Shown: positions 27,387 through 40,266 of the stretch, piece by piece
Layout of the letters: the number at the start of each line of letters is the position of its first letter
Position numbering within the stretch: position 1 is the first letter of the stretch
Assembly (NCBI GenBank): GCA_051294375.1
Contig: CM119268.1
Coordinates: forward strand, 13,287,989 to 13,351,988
Direction of reading: 5' to 3'
DNA from: Paraspadella gotoi
Taxonomy: Eukaryota; Animalia; Chaetognatha
DNA length: 64,000 nt
The notes under the pieces: model-generated
What the model was told of the DNA's origin: nothing
What the model saw: only the letters and a program-made list of their open reading frames with translations
Databases searched by the model: none
Translations under genes and position numbers: made by a program

Positions 27387-28368
27387 GTAAGGAGATTTGA
27401 ATGAGGAGAGTTTGGCCAAATACCTAGCGCTGCTTTAAAAAAAAAAAAGGTTTTCATTGTAAGCTTATTAGACGTAGAAGTTTCACGATTGAAAGTATTT
27501 CCTGATTTTGTCGGAAAATGTTTTCAATCGACTTTATCGAGTTAATAAAATTAAAGAATTAAGTTTATTGTGCAATCACTATTGTACAATGATTTTAGAC
27601 GTTTTGAAATGAACACATATGACATACTGTGCTTGTGGATTAAATTTATTCAATTTCCCTTGCAATTGATAGATTAGAATAGCTGAGATTGCTTAGTAAT
27701 AGCAAATAACAACAAACCATTTCGAAACTAATACCCTCCTTCGCCGCGCCTTATTTTTCTCTTAAAAAAGGAAGTTAAATTTATTACAAGTTACGTGGTA
27801 GGTGGCTTATCTCGCTTAAAATTGCACCTAATCTTTGTATATAACAAGCACTGATCGCTACAATGACAGAGAATCTGCACTGTGTAATAAATAAACAAGG
27901 GTAGAATCGTTTGCCAAAAAATATTTGCGATTTAAGTTAAAATTTTAGTCTTCAAAATTGATGACACTGGGCCCTATTAGCAACCCAAGCACAATATTTC
28001 ATCAACTGTTTTGCAACACTTTCTACTGCTTGGATTCTGGCTGCGCTCTGCTATGTGTGTTTACAACAAATTATTACCCCTTCTACTGTCCTATATCCTC
28101 ACGAGCTATGCCAAGACCACGGTCAAATCGGGGCTGTTTTGCCAATGTAGCTTGTATTTTTTTTTTAATCCCGAAAGTTTCGAGGACAGGCTACAATAGT
28201 AAAATTTGGCCACCGTTTTTCACGTGATCGGTCACGCACTCACACGATCTAATCCCTCCTCTGATTTTTGAGCCCGGGTTTTTTTTTCGTTTTTTTCTTT
28301 TCCTCGGTTTGCACTTTTGTTCGCCCGTTGCCCTGCATGCGATATTTCCCTCACTCACACGCACTCTC

Positions 28369-29130
28369 ATGCAGTGGCTCCCCTGCCGGCTTTCGGCGGA
28401 AACTCACAAAAAAACAATCGAGCATCAATATGTGAAACTCCCGTCTCAAAACGCAGAGTGGCAGGGTTTCGGTGGTGGCGGTGTCGTGGCCGGGTCGCTA
28501 GGGCTTTTACAATATTATCACGCCGACGATAACGAAGACTATTTAAATGGCGCCGGTGACGATCGTTCGCCGACGCAGAATAAAAAAGATTTTCTGGTCC
28601 GTTTGTCGAGAGGTGATCGATCGGCGACTTCTCCTCCTCCCCCTCCTCCACGAGCGCCGTTGCGTCTTCGCGGCGGCGGCGTCGGAGATGGCAGCGTCTC
28701 GACCACGCCGGATGGCGGTCTCGTCACGGTCCGCGCCGGACCAGCAGGCGATTCGCCCGGCGGTGGCGCTCAGGGCCACTTTCGCGGCGTCACGCAACGT
28801 CGCGCCCCGCCGCCAGTCCCTGCGCCGCGCTGCAGCGTCACACGCGCCGCGGCTACCGTCTACCAAAAAGACGTGGACCTTGACCGCGTCTCGTGGCTGG
28901 CGCGCGAGAAGACGAGAGAGAAATCGGTGAAGAAGGAGACCGACACGACGCGTCACCGTCTCAAGGCCGCCATCAAGAGTTCCATGACCGGCAACGACGC
29001 CGCCCCTCAACTCCGACAGTCCGTCGCCATTCTCAGTCTCGAGACCAACGGCGCCGCCGCCGCCGACGCGGGTCCCCGCCCAATAGTAGCCACGGTCACC
29101 TCCGTCAAACGGGCGGGAATAACAGAGTCT
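28369..29130 (+). CDS. Candidate alternative or cassette exon (GC-rich ORF inside the 27387-29248 intron)
   Basis: Long open frame (ORF 28309-29352) with exon-like GC content. ATG at 28369 or CAG acceptor at 28374. No strong donor found, so the 3' end is uncertain. Confidence 0.5.
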
Positions 29131-29248
29131 AAGAAACCCTCACCACCGCCAATCGTTTCCACCCCGCATCACCCCCGCCCCCACTGCACCACCACCTCGC
29201 CCCCTCAACGTTTCCTCTTCTTCCTCCTCTTCCTCTTTCCGCCGCAAG

Positions 29249-30371
29249 AAGAGGGAGGCGGAGGAGCGCGACAAGCAGCACTGGGTCAACGTCCTCTACG
29301 TGGAGCCGAAGACCAAGACGTCCCCAGCCAAAGAAGAGGTGGCGCCGGTTAAGAGAGAGCCCGTCCGGGAGGCGCTGCCGCCAAAGAGAGAGCCGGTGAG
29401 GGAGGCGGTGCCGGTAAAGGAGGCGACCCCGGTTGAGGAGGCGCCGAAGATGGCGTCGGACTTGACGACGACAACGGAGACTCTCAAAGTGGACACTCTC
29501 AATGGTGAGTTGAAGGCTTAAAGGTTGAGCTGAGTTAACTGCTGAACCCTACTTTCTGGGGATAGTGCAAGCCAGATCAACCACGATATTTGATATTTGA
29601 ATTTATAAAACTAATTTTTTGTACGTAAGATTTTATACATGAAATACTGATGCTAGCTATTATACTCAATGTCGAGATCTCAACAGGGAACTGCATCATG
29701 GTTAACATTAATTCCTGTTGCTTTGTTTCTTTATTAACTTTATATCTTTATATTCTTTCTTTTTCTCCATCTTACCCATCATTTTCCCATCATTTCCCAA
29801 ATCATCCCTTCAGAGAAACTGTCGTCAACGGAAGTGGAGACGACGACGCGATCGACGGAGGGCGAGCAGTGGTTCACGGAGACGGAGGAGATTCGGTGGA
29901 AGGTCATCACGGAGACCTACGCCGACGGGACCACCAAGTACTATACCGTCAGGGAAGGCGACGACAAATACGTCCAGCTGGGTTAGTTTGGGACGGAGGT
30001 GAACTGGTTTTATTATAAAATAATCGACGAAATACTATATATATATATATAACATTTTTAAAGCGTAAAAGAAAATATGTCTTAACTTTAATATGATTAG
30101 AATTAAAAATTTTGCAATGCATAAAGATGAAAAACGAATATCCAGTGGCCACCCCTATCCTTATCTATTTCCAGGCGAAACCCCCGGAACTGTGGAGACG
30201 ACGACGACGGTCAACGCCGTCAACGTCGAGCGAGAGAAGCAACAGGTCGAGCTGCAGCGCATCCAGCAACAGCAGCAGCATTTGCAACAGCTTCAGGAGC
30301 AACAAGCCAAACTGCAGCAGCAGCTGGAGGCGGCGACGGCTTCGCTGGAAACCCAGGAGATCGCTACGCAG
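29249..30371 (+). CDS. Exons 29249-29504, 29814-29981 and 30175-30371 of the same gene
   Basis: Phases 0>1>1>0 join. Translation: KREAEERDKQHWVNVLYVEPK...; EKLSSTEVETTTRSTEGEQWFTETEEIRWKVITETYADGTTKYYTVREGDDKYVQL; GETPGTV...EREKQQVELQRIQQQQQHLQQLQEQQAKLQQQLE...QEIATQ. Donors GTGAGT, GTTAGT, GTCGGT. Confidence 0.88.
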
Positions 30372-30939
30372 GTCGGTGATGAAACGTTGCTGCCGGCCTT
30401 GGCTTTGTCGGTGCCATTCGGGGGTCGCCGATTGAGCGGCATCTGGCGTTTGCTGTGGTATGTTTAAATTGAGGTATTTTTAAAACCTCGCACTTTAATT
30501 ATCGGTTTCTCTTTTATTCATATCTCTCCTGTTAATGCCAACATCAGATATTGGGAAAAATATTTTCTCTCTCGTCCCTGTGAAAGGGAAATATCATTTA
30601 TAAAAAAAATGTTCTCGCACGTGAAATATAAACGATTGGCTTTTAAATATTCACGTTTGCTTTCTTTTTTTCGTGGTTTTGGTTCATCGTTATTCGTCCG
30701 ACACAATACTCACTGGGCCCCGATTTGTTTGACGCTCCGCGCTTGCCACTTCCCTCGCCATACCCGTCATACCCAACGATATCCCGAACACTATCCCTCC
30801 CAAACCTGCCCGCCCGCTCGAAATATAAACCTTTGAAATTTAATTTTATTTCGTAAAACTTAAAAATCAAAAACCAATTAAAACAAAATTTAAAAACGAA
30901 AAACAAAACAAAAAACAAATAAAAAAAACCCATCAGTTC

Positions 30940-32323
30940 ATGAGTCCTCGCCCGTCCGTTGCTGCGGTTTCCTCTCCGCTGCATCACCTCACTCCACCGC
31001 CGCCGTCTTCCTCCGGCTCCTTCACCGTCCCCCCTCAACCCCCGCACCACCACAACCTTCAACATCACCACCAACAGCAGCAAATACATCAGCAGCAGCA
31101 ACAACATCAGCAACAACATCACCAATCGTCCTTCCAGCACTTTGAGCAACAGCAGCAGCAGCAACGACATCACCACGACGACGTCTACGGCTACGACCCG
31201 CTGGGCACGCCCGACTACGGGACCTTCTCCAGTCGGCGCTCGAGGGAATCGTCCGTTGGCGAGGAGTTTCTGGGGTACGAGACCGCAGCGCCGGCGTCGT
31301 CGAGATACGGCGCCGGTTACGGTGGAACGGCGTCCTACCGGGGAGGATCGGCGCCTCGGTGAGTTTGAACACTTTTGGACGCGACTCTTTTCGCGATCAA
31401 ACTCCATCTCACCCATTTTCCCCGCCCCACGCCCGCACCCCCGCCCTCCACCAAATCCCCAGCACCTCCGCCGACTATTCCCCCCGTTCCCCGCCATACG
31501 TCGTCGTCGACGGGCACCGCAAACCGTCGCGCGGCGCGGCCTCGACGCCGCCGACCTATTCCCAGGCGGTGCCCCCGCTACCGGAGCCCCGCTTGGGTCG
31601 CTACATCCACTCTCCCGTCAACGCCGATCATCTCGCGGTGCCGCGTGGCAGCAACGCCCGTTCCCCGGCGTCGGCCTACGGAGCCGAAGCTTCGTTCGAC
31701 GAGTACGAAGCATCGTCGGGCAGGGCGAGGAAGATCAGCAGCACCGCGTATTCCACGGGTGAGTTTGATGGGAAGTTAGTCGAGGTTTATTCTCGTGTTT
31801 ATTTTATTTTTTAAAAATTGATTTTGCGTTGCATTGATAATTAAAAAATATTTCTTTCAGAAAATTTTATATTTGTAGCCTTTTTAAAATTTTTCAAGTA
31901 AATCCTATTGCAACATTTCTTATAATAAATCACTGTTACTTTATATTTTAAGTAAGTTCCGAATGAGTTTGTATTGAATAATATCATCAATATTACTAAT
32001 AATATTTGTTATCCTCATCCCGCTCAGCCTCTTCCTCCTACGACGTCCTCGGCGGCGACATCAACAAGACGCCTTCTCCCGACGCCCGAGCTTTCTCCAC
32101 TCCGGACGCCGCTCTGCACTACATGCAACAGCAGCATCAGCAACAACTTCACCAGCAACATCTGCAGCAACGTCAACGAAGCGGCTCCCCGGACCCGCCA
32201 CCGCATCCCCCGCCGCCAGCCCCGCATCTGCTGAGCGGCGGCGGCGGCGGTGTTGGCGAGAAGGCAGTTACTTCGTATTCCACGAGCCTCGAGTCGTCCG
32301 CGGAAAGGCGCTCAGAACACCAG
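30940..32323 (+). CDS. Alternative N-terminal exon set: 30940-31358, 31463-31758, 32028-32323 (His/Gln/Pro/Ser-rich)
   Basis: ATG at 30940 follows an A-rich leader with no polypyrimidine tract. Donors GTGAGT, GTGAGT, GTACGA. Phases 2>1>0 join and are compatible with exon 32967. Confidence 0.8.
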
Positions 32324-32966
32324 GTACGATAGGAGCGGACGGTTGGATGCGAAGGGGATGCCGAGCGAAAAATCTAAATGACGGGGTCAAAGCTTCAGGG
32401 TTTTATCGGGGATGTAGGAATTAATTGTGAGCGATTTGTTTTTTTGGGAGAATGATTTAGTGAGGTTACCGCTTGAAGTTCGAAGACAAATTAATGGTTA
32501 TAAAAGAAAATTAACTAAATATGTTGGTGTTTTAACGTCGGAGTTTTTTTTTAATCAACTCTGTGGTTGCTTTATGTCTCTGATAGATTTTCTTAGTTAC
32601 GTTAAAGTAGTTCTGCAATTTTTTTTTAGTTTTCATTCTAACGAATTTAACTTTTAAATTTTGTTTTTCTTTTGCACCCTTTATTGGCAGGAATAGAAAA
32701 AAAAATCACGTCGTAGTGCTACTAAACTAGTAGTAGTATTAGAGTAATATCATACATAAAATTATTGCTTATCGCTTTTTCACTCCTACCGTTTCGCACT
32801 ACACTCATGGGCGGGCCCCTCCGTTAATCAGAATATTATATACCGGTGGCGGATGCACGTGTTTTCTTGTTTAAAAAAAATGAATTGACTGTTTAGAGAA
32901 GTACAATTACCGACTGTATACCGAGTGTATAGACCCTTAACCATTTATTTGTTTTTTTTTATTCAG

Positions 32967-33753
32967 ACACTTCAATCGGCTGAAGTATCGACGGACTTTG
33001 GTTACAATTTAGAGGTAATGTCCTTAAAATTGGCGTCATAGATCTAGAAGCATCTCTTTTGGGCTCTGCTGGATTTGTCATTTTCGTTTCGTTTTTAGTT
33101 TAGATTTAGGGGAAAAAAAACCAAGAATCAACTAATCCTTTTGTTTTATCATGCGCTAATTCGATTTTTGTATTCGTTTTAAATTTCTATTTTTTTTTTC
33201 TAGTAAGTACTAGTAAATTGAAAGATGACTTGGGTGGCTGTAGATATTTAAGCAGTTAGTGTGAAAATATATTTTTGAAACTGTTCATACACGGTTTAAT
33301 TCATGGAGCTATAGTACATCAAAATATCCATGTTGACAATGATGCATGTTAATCTCACGTGAGAGAGGTGAAGGAAATAACAAATATATCGCTTATAAAC
33401 TTTTTAAAACAAATTTTTCAATTCACCCTAAAAAATTGCCAACCATAACGCTAGCGTACCATAGCTTCGCTACATTTTGACAGAGAAAAAAAAAAAGACA
33501 ATTTTTCGCTCTCATCTTTTTATAAACATATATTTAAAATTGTATACTTCCGCAGTGTTTATTTGTTCAAACTTTCTCTTTTTATTTCTTTATTTCGCCG
33601 CGCTCTTGCTGCCATCTACAGTACCTTCCAATCATCCCGACCGACGAATACACTTTCCGCGCGATGGCGGACGAAATCCGCCGCACGATGACCAACAGTC
33701 ACGCCATTCTCGGCCAGCTCATCGACGTCAAGGGCAAGCAGACAGAGATACAG
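32967..33753 (+). CDS. Shared exons 32967-33014 and 33622-33753
   Basis: TTATTCAG/TLQSAEVSTDFGYNLE/GTAATG and CTACAG/YLPIIPTDEYTFRAMADEIRRTMTNSHAILGQLIDVKGKQTEIQ/GTCGGT; both phase 0-0. Confidence 0.85.
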
Positions 33754-34632
33754 GTCGGTCATCTTCAAATGTTACAGCACGCTCACCGATAGTAATAATA
33801 TTGAGCTTTTTTTTCCCTGGGCGTGTTATTTCGAAAGAACTCGAGAAAAGATTCGAATTTTTGAATTTTTAAAAAACTTAAAATTAAAAAAAGAAAAAAT
33901 TCCGATCAAAATTTTGGAGACAGTTTGTTTTACAAAGAAGGCCTTTATTTTTAATATTTTTTAGAAATAAGCACCAAACAGAGAAAGTAATCTAGAAAAC
34001 TTAAAAAATTGAAACTGATTTAGAACTTTTCCTCATAATTTTAGCTTCCCTCTTTCAAGGCGCATATTATCAAGTGCACCTGCGCATGAAAGATAGATCT
34101 CGATAAAAAACTCACTCCTTTCAATTGAAATAGTAAATCAAATTCAAAATCGTTTTCACGTTTCTCTACTTCTTTCTACTTGCGGAATGAAAACTTTTAA
34201 AACTTTCTTAGTACATACTTGAAAAGATATTTTTTTTTTATCAAGATGTTCTTTTGTCGCCGAGGAGCCGTCGGGAGGATGTCCTCAGTGCCTTCTTTAT
34301 AATCTCTTGATTTGCTCTTTTTTTTAACTTTTTTTTGAGTGAATGCAGGTGTTTCTCTCACTCACGGTTCTCGTTACCCCTCTTTCCACTCGAATTCGTG
34401 AAACTTAATTTTTATGTGTGCGCGCGTGTTTGCGTGCGATTCGCTTCGGCTTTGTTAAACAAATCTAAGATCATCCTACACTGTCTCGTGTATCTAAATT
34501 CCTAGAACAACTATATCTAATCTTTTATCTCGTTTCTAAAAAAAAATGCAACTACCAATTTACCTAGTCCAAAACACAAGACCAAAATATAAATGCAAAA
34601 AAAAATAATAAACATTATCTGTTTTGAAAAAG

Positions 34633-35549
34633 GAATCGCCAACAGAGAATGGCACAGCCACAGCCACAGCGGCCGTTTCAAATCGGAAGTCAATTCCAGT
34701 TCCGGCACCGCGGACAGTGCGACCATACCCAATTCAACCAGAGGTTTATCTTATTTGATTAAAGAAATACAGTTTTGTCCACTTTTTTGATCATCTAATC
34801 CTCCACCCTCTTATAATCCTCCACGCTAATCCTCCACCCTCCTATAATCCTCCACGCTAATCCTCCATTCCTCCGTCGACGCGAAGGTTTCCCCTCGGTC
34901 TTCCGATTCTCTCTCCGCGGTTCCTCCGACCGCCTCCACGAATCCTTCCGATCAGCGGCACACCTTCCCCAAGCGAGTCCATTTCACGCCTCCGCCGCCT
35001 CGGCACATCGTATCCTCGCCGACGGCCGGCGCCTCTTCCGCCGCAGTCTCCGCCGCCGCAACCGCGTCGGAGACCGCCGTTCCAGTCTCCAATCCCCTCT
35101 ACCTTTACGCCTACCCGTCCAACTCTTCGCTAAACTCTACTTTGTCCAGACTGGGCAATGGACAACGGCAGCAGCTGCATCAGTTGTCCCTGCAACACCA
35201 ACACTTGCAACAAGTCGGAGAGATCCAACCGCAGCCTTCGAAGCGAGAAACGCAGCAACTCTCCCCGATTCCCCCGTCGTTTGTGACGCCGCCGCCGTCG
35301 TCTCTCTCTCCGCATCCTCCATGGTGCTCCCACAATGCGCCCGACCAGAACGAGGACGACGACAAGCGTGACAACGGCCGCATCGCCAGCCTCAACAGCA
35401 GCGTAGAAACCACGAAAAAGGAATATCGATTCCACGAGTCCAAAAAATCCTCGCAAACCCCGAGACCGCAAACGAAGCTGCAGCAGACGAGGAAAAAGCA
35501 GCAGGATCAGCAGCAGGAGAAACGGCGCGTGAAGACCGCCGTCGTATGA
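34633..35549 (+). CDS. Exon 34633-34743 and putative terminal exon 34887-35549
   Basis: ESPTENGTATATAAVSNRKSIPVPAPRTVRPYPIQPE (phase 0-0), then an open frame from GAAG/GTT at 34887 (VSPRSSDS...FPKRVHFTPPPP...) continuous with ORF 35142-35549 ending KRRVKTAVV*. Confidence 0.65.
34795..34867 (+). repeat. 31-bp tandem repeat (2.3 units)
   Basis: CTAATCCTCCACCCTCYTATAATCCTCCACG at 34795 and 34826, partial unit at 34857. Confidence 0.9.
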
Positions 35550-36166
35550 TGAATTGATTTCAGGTAGAAAGGTTTTTTTTGTTGTCAAAAATCGAGCGTG
35601 GATTTGACGTTTGAACAACATCCTCTCACCCACTTAACTTACCCAGATCGTCCAGCATCTTTCCTTTCCCCGTTCGTGAAGAAAAACTTACCCGATTGCA
35701 GTTGATTGAAACCCAAAAAAACCCCACTACCATTAACTTATTTTTTTTAAATTTCGTCTTGTAGACTTAATGTACTTTGGGCATCGGTACACAATAATTT
35801 TACGTTAAAATGCAACGACCAAAAAAACCACAACAACAACAAAAGAGGAAAACGAGTCGTAATTAAACGAATTCGTCACGAAAACCTTTATTTTCAGAAT
35901 TCCACATTTTGGAGAAATATTTCCGATGCGTACTCGAATTTGGGTAAAAGATGATAAATTTCTCTGTCAGTATTGTTGGCTTCACGCTGTTTCCGGTTGC
36001 ACCTCCGTGTCGGTTTTGACGGTATTAGATACAAATTATAATTGTAGATTGTATAACCACTGGTTATTAACCAGCTCTCTTTCTTTTCTCGTTATTTACT
36101 CCCCTTTTTCACTTGGCGTAAAAAAAACAAAAAAAAAAAACCAAATTGATAATAAAAACCGGACAG

Positions 36167-36395
36167 ATCCTGGTCTTGCCGGAAACGTCTCGCGTCATCG
36201 CCGCCCTCCCGCCGGGAACGGCCCTGATCCATCGGCGCCGAAATTCCGCTCCGGACGCCGATAGAAGGCTTCCGCTCGCGAGCCGGAATCCGGCGTCGGC
36301 CGTTGTCTCGGCCGCCGACGAACGTCCGTTTTATCGCGACGGGGATTTAAACTCTAAATCCTTCAAAATCGAGGGCGGCGACGTCGAGATCGTTT

Positions 36396-36441
<46 letters not shown>

Positions 36442-36691
36442 TCCCAAGGTCGTCGTCCGCGTCGAGTCTTTCTCGGCGACGACGACGAAATCTTCTTCCC
36501 TTCGACGAGATTGCGATTTTTCGAAATCCAAAGCTCCGCCTCTCGATCAATCCTCGCAAAAGCCGAGCTCGTTATCTCCGAAGAAGCTTCGTGTCTCAAG
36601 TTGCGATCCATCGTTGTTGTCGTCTTCGTCGTCGTCGTTTTACCCGCGAATATCCTTATCTTTCGTGGACTCGGTCAGATCAAGTCCGAAG
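36167..36691 (+). CDS. Candidate exon with poly-Asp tract (or terminal exon ending at 36700)
   Basis: GACAG acceptor at 36166 in phase 0; open frame ILVLPETSRVIAALPPG...VEIVFDDDD...SVRSSPK; possible donor AAG/GTTCGG. Confidence 0.55.
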
Positions 36692-37151
36692 GTTCGGTGA
36701 TACAGTTTTTGGTCCTTGTTTTTTTTTTTTTTTTTTTTTGGCTTTGATCACTGTCACAGTGTCACTGGGTGTTTCGTGGAAAAAAACAAACGTCATAATG
36801 ACTTTTCTCACCACTCACTTATTTAAATGGGCACGATTCTGAATGTCCAACATACTGAGAAATATATTTTTTAAAAGTAAACATTATTCGTGTAAATCCA
36901 CTTAGTTTGGAAAATTGGTGAAAGGTGGCACCGTCTTTAGTTCCGTGTTTCCGTTTTATCTTTTTGGGTCGGCCAAGTTTTTCGACCCGAGAATTAAAAT
37001 GACTCGCACGTTGTTGTGGCAACGATTTAGATTATCTGAAAAAAAAACAGTTTGTACGCACCTCGATCGAATCGATAGTAACGATCCGAATTCCGTCGTT
37101 ATAAGTTGACTAATTTGATCTCATACTCTTTTATTTTCATTTTCACGAAAG

Positions 37152-38222
37152 ACTCGAGAGGCGCTCTCTGATCTCTCTTCTAAAATCCCATCCCATTCTC
37201 AATCTCGAGCTTCCGCCGCCTCTGATCTTCCATTCTCCAATGTGTTCTCGTCTGACCCAAGTTCTCTTCAAGCGTTCTCCATTCCTGATCCCCACCGAAC
37301 CCCTCTTCCTCAGAGTTCTTCCTCTTCCCTCTCATCACTTCGCCCTTCTTCTCCAAAGCACCCCTCGCCCTCTCCATCGCATTCTTCCACTCTATTCCTG
37401 ATTCCTCGTCTCAGTTCTCCTAATTCTCCTGCGAGAGAACATTCTCCCCCAGGCCGTAAGTTTTTCCGCGAAGAATTCCCTCTGAGCCGTTCTCCAACGT
37501 CAACTAGCGATCCCCCGACGACGCGTTCTCCGCTTCCAATCTGCATTCAATCTCGTTCTCCTTCTCACCTTCATTCTCTCCGATGCAGCTCGCTCACCCC
37601 CACCGCCGATCTGTCCACTCGCGATTCTCCTTCGGCTTCTGCCAACGCTTCTTGCTGTTCCTCCCCCACCTCTTCGGTTCCTTGCTCTTCCCTTCAATTC
37701 TATTCCCTCCTCCCGGAAGAGGAGAACGGATCTCGTTCTTCCACTTCCGCCCACGATTCTCCCACTGCGTTCTCCTGTCCTTCCACTCCCGCCGTCAATC
37801 GCGGTTCTTCCTCTCTCGCTTCTCCTCGCCTGCGTCGCTCCACTCGTTCTCTCGGCTTCTTTCCTCGCTCTCGCTCCACGACCACCGCCTCACGTTCTCC
37901 TTCCTCGTCTTCTTCCTCCGCCTCGCTTCCTCCCGTTCCTCCTCCTCCTAATCTTCTTCCTCCCTCCTCCTCAGCAACTTCCTCTGTCTCTTCTTCTCCT
38001 CTTCCTCCTCTCCCTACCCACCCGTCTCAATCGTCTCCTATTTTTCGCGACGTTCCCCTCTCATCCTCGTCCTGCTCTTCCCCTTCTTCCTCCTCTCCCC
38101 CTCCCCCTCTCCCCTTGCGGGCTCCGCCTCCTCTTCCTCGCTCTCGTCCTCTTCCTCCCTCCGCTTCTCTTCTTTCGATCGAGTCCGACTATAAAGATCC
38201 TTTTGATGCTTTGACGGAGGAG
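37152..38222 (+). CDS. Large Ser/Pro-rich exon (357 codons)
   Basis: Open frame from TTTCACGAAAG acceptor through ORF 37242-38255 to strong donor GAG/GTAAGG after ...IESDYKDPFDALTEE. Confidence 0.65.
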
Positions 38223-39747
38223 GTAAGGGAATGGAGGGACGGGGAAAGGAAGTGAAAGAGGGAAAGAAAAAAAGGAGGTCGAGTATAAAAGAAATCGGCC
38301 ATCTTTTTCGAAAGTGCTCCAATGGAAGTTTAAATTTAGAATTAAGGTTATTTTTCGGTTTAAATATTAAGTTAGGGCTTAGCTTTCAGATAAAAATTAG
38401 AAATTAGAAGAGATTAGGGTTAAATTCTATTAATTTCTATTCAGTTCAGGGATTAGGAACACAAATTGGGCGTTTTCGGAACATAGTGTCCGAGGAGATG
38501 AAGAAAGGCAGTTTAAATTTAAGTAGAAATGTTTCGTCTGCGTCAAAAACCTAATATCTTACGAAAATAAAAATAAAAACAAGTCTTACTCAGTCTTCCT
38601 AATCCTTCTTCGTTATTTGTTTTCTTGTCGCTGTTTAAAATTTCATTTTCAATTCAATGTCATCTCTATCCAATTATAATTTTCGAATAATTACTCTCTG
38701 CGTCTTTGCTTTTTTTTTCCCCGACAATTATTTCTTTATTTTCCCTCGTTAATTCCCAACACACCTCGCCAATGTTTATTTCTTTTTCGAGTTTTACTCT
38801 TTTTTTTTTCTCTTTCTCATTTTTTCCTACTTTTGTCTTTTATTTCTTGTTTTTTTGAAATCTTTTTTCGTACTTTTGTCTTCTTTTTTTTCAAATTTGC
38901 TTCCCACGATTTCTTTTTTATTTTGAGGACTTTTTGTGAAAGAAAACTTTAATCAGTCTCTTCAAAGGAGCGTAAAAAACTTTTGCTTTCGAAACGAGAT
39001 TGAAAAAAGTACAATAAAGTTCCTTGTTATATCTTTTTATTTTTTTTATCCAATTTCCTTTTAATTATTTATTTCATTACAAAAAAAAAAGAAATAAAAA
39101 GTTTTCGTGTCTTCATTTTTTTCTCAAATTCTTTCTTTTCCATTTTATTTTAAAAAAGAAAGAAGACGTAAAAATAAAATCGTGAGACAGAGAAGGGGGC
39201 GCGGGGCGAGACAGCCCCGCTTAAATAAAGGCTTTTCGTGGAACAGTTGGTCTTAGTTTTCCCGTTCGGTTTATATACACATACAAGAATTGATAATGAA
39301 AAGGATAAAAGTCTAAAGAAGTTTCTCGACATAAATCGGCTTTCGTTTCAAGTCTTCTACAATTTGTCTTACTTTTACTCGCCCCTCCCTCTTAACTTTT
39401 ACTGTTCTAGACTGGGCGAGCTCAAAATGAGTAGCGCGCCAAAAATCAAAATAGAAAACAAAAACAAAAGTCAATTCCCTCAAATTCGCGCCCTTTTTTC
39501 GCCCCCCAAAAATGGCGCCATCATCTACGCTTTCATCTTAACCGTCACTCGATCTCGTTAAAGTAAAAACCAAAACTGCTTTTTTTCTGTGAGTGAATAG
39601 GGAGGAGGGGGGAAGGGTTTTTGTGAAGTTCACACTCGTGACGTGGCCACGTTCTTTCTATACGCTTTAGCACCTAATATTAATTAAAAGTCTGGGGCGT
39701 GAAAGAAAAACCTTTCTTCGCTTTCGAGTGTGTCAACGACATTCACG

Positions 39748-39786
<39 letters not shown>

Positions 39787-40234
39787 TCTTCACATCTCTC
39801 GTCTTTCTCTCTTCTTTGAGGAAATGAAATTCCTTTCAATTTTTTTTATCAGAATTTTTGATTTTTTCCCCTTTCTTGGCTTCGTCATCACGAGTGCAAA
39901 TTTTTAAAATAGAAAATTATAAATTCATAAATTATATGCATAACAACGAGACGTTTTAATTATTGAACCACAATGACAAACAAGGAAAAAGAATTTTACC
40001 ACTATAAGTCACAATAAATTTCTATAAAAAAACCTCATAGAAACTTTTTTAATTTAAAAGTGTTTTTTTACCTTGTTTAACAAGTTTCTATCGAACGTAG
40101 GTGGCCGCTGAAAGATTGGTTTCACAGCCCTGATCCCGTCTTCGTCAATTGGTATACTTGAACCAGGAGTTAATGGCCGCACAAATCCTCTCCTCTCTCT
40201 CTCTCTCCTCTCTCTCTCTCCTCTCTCTCCTCCT

Positions 40235-40266
<32 letters not shown>

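Noticed and set aside
38330-38460. Scattered TTAGGG-like words (also CCCTAA at ~23083) as interstitial telomere or telomere-addition sites
   Set aside because: Only isolated, degenerate hexamers with no tandem array.
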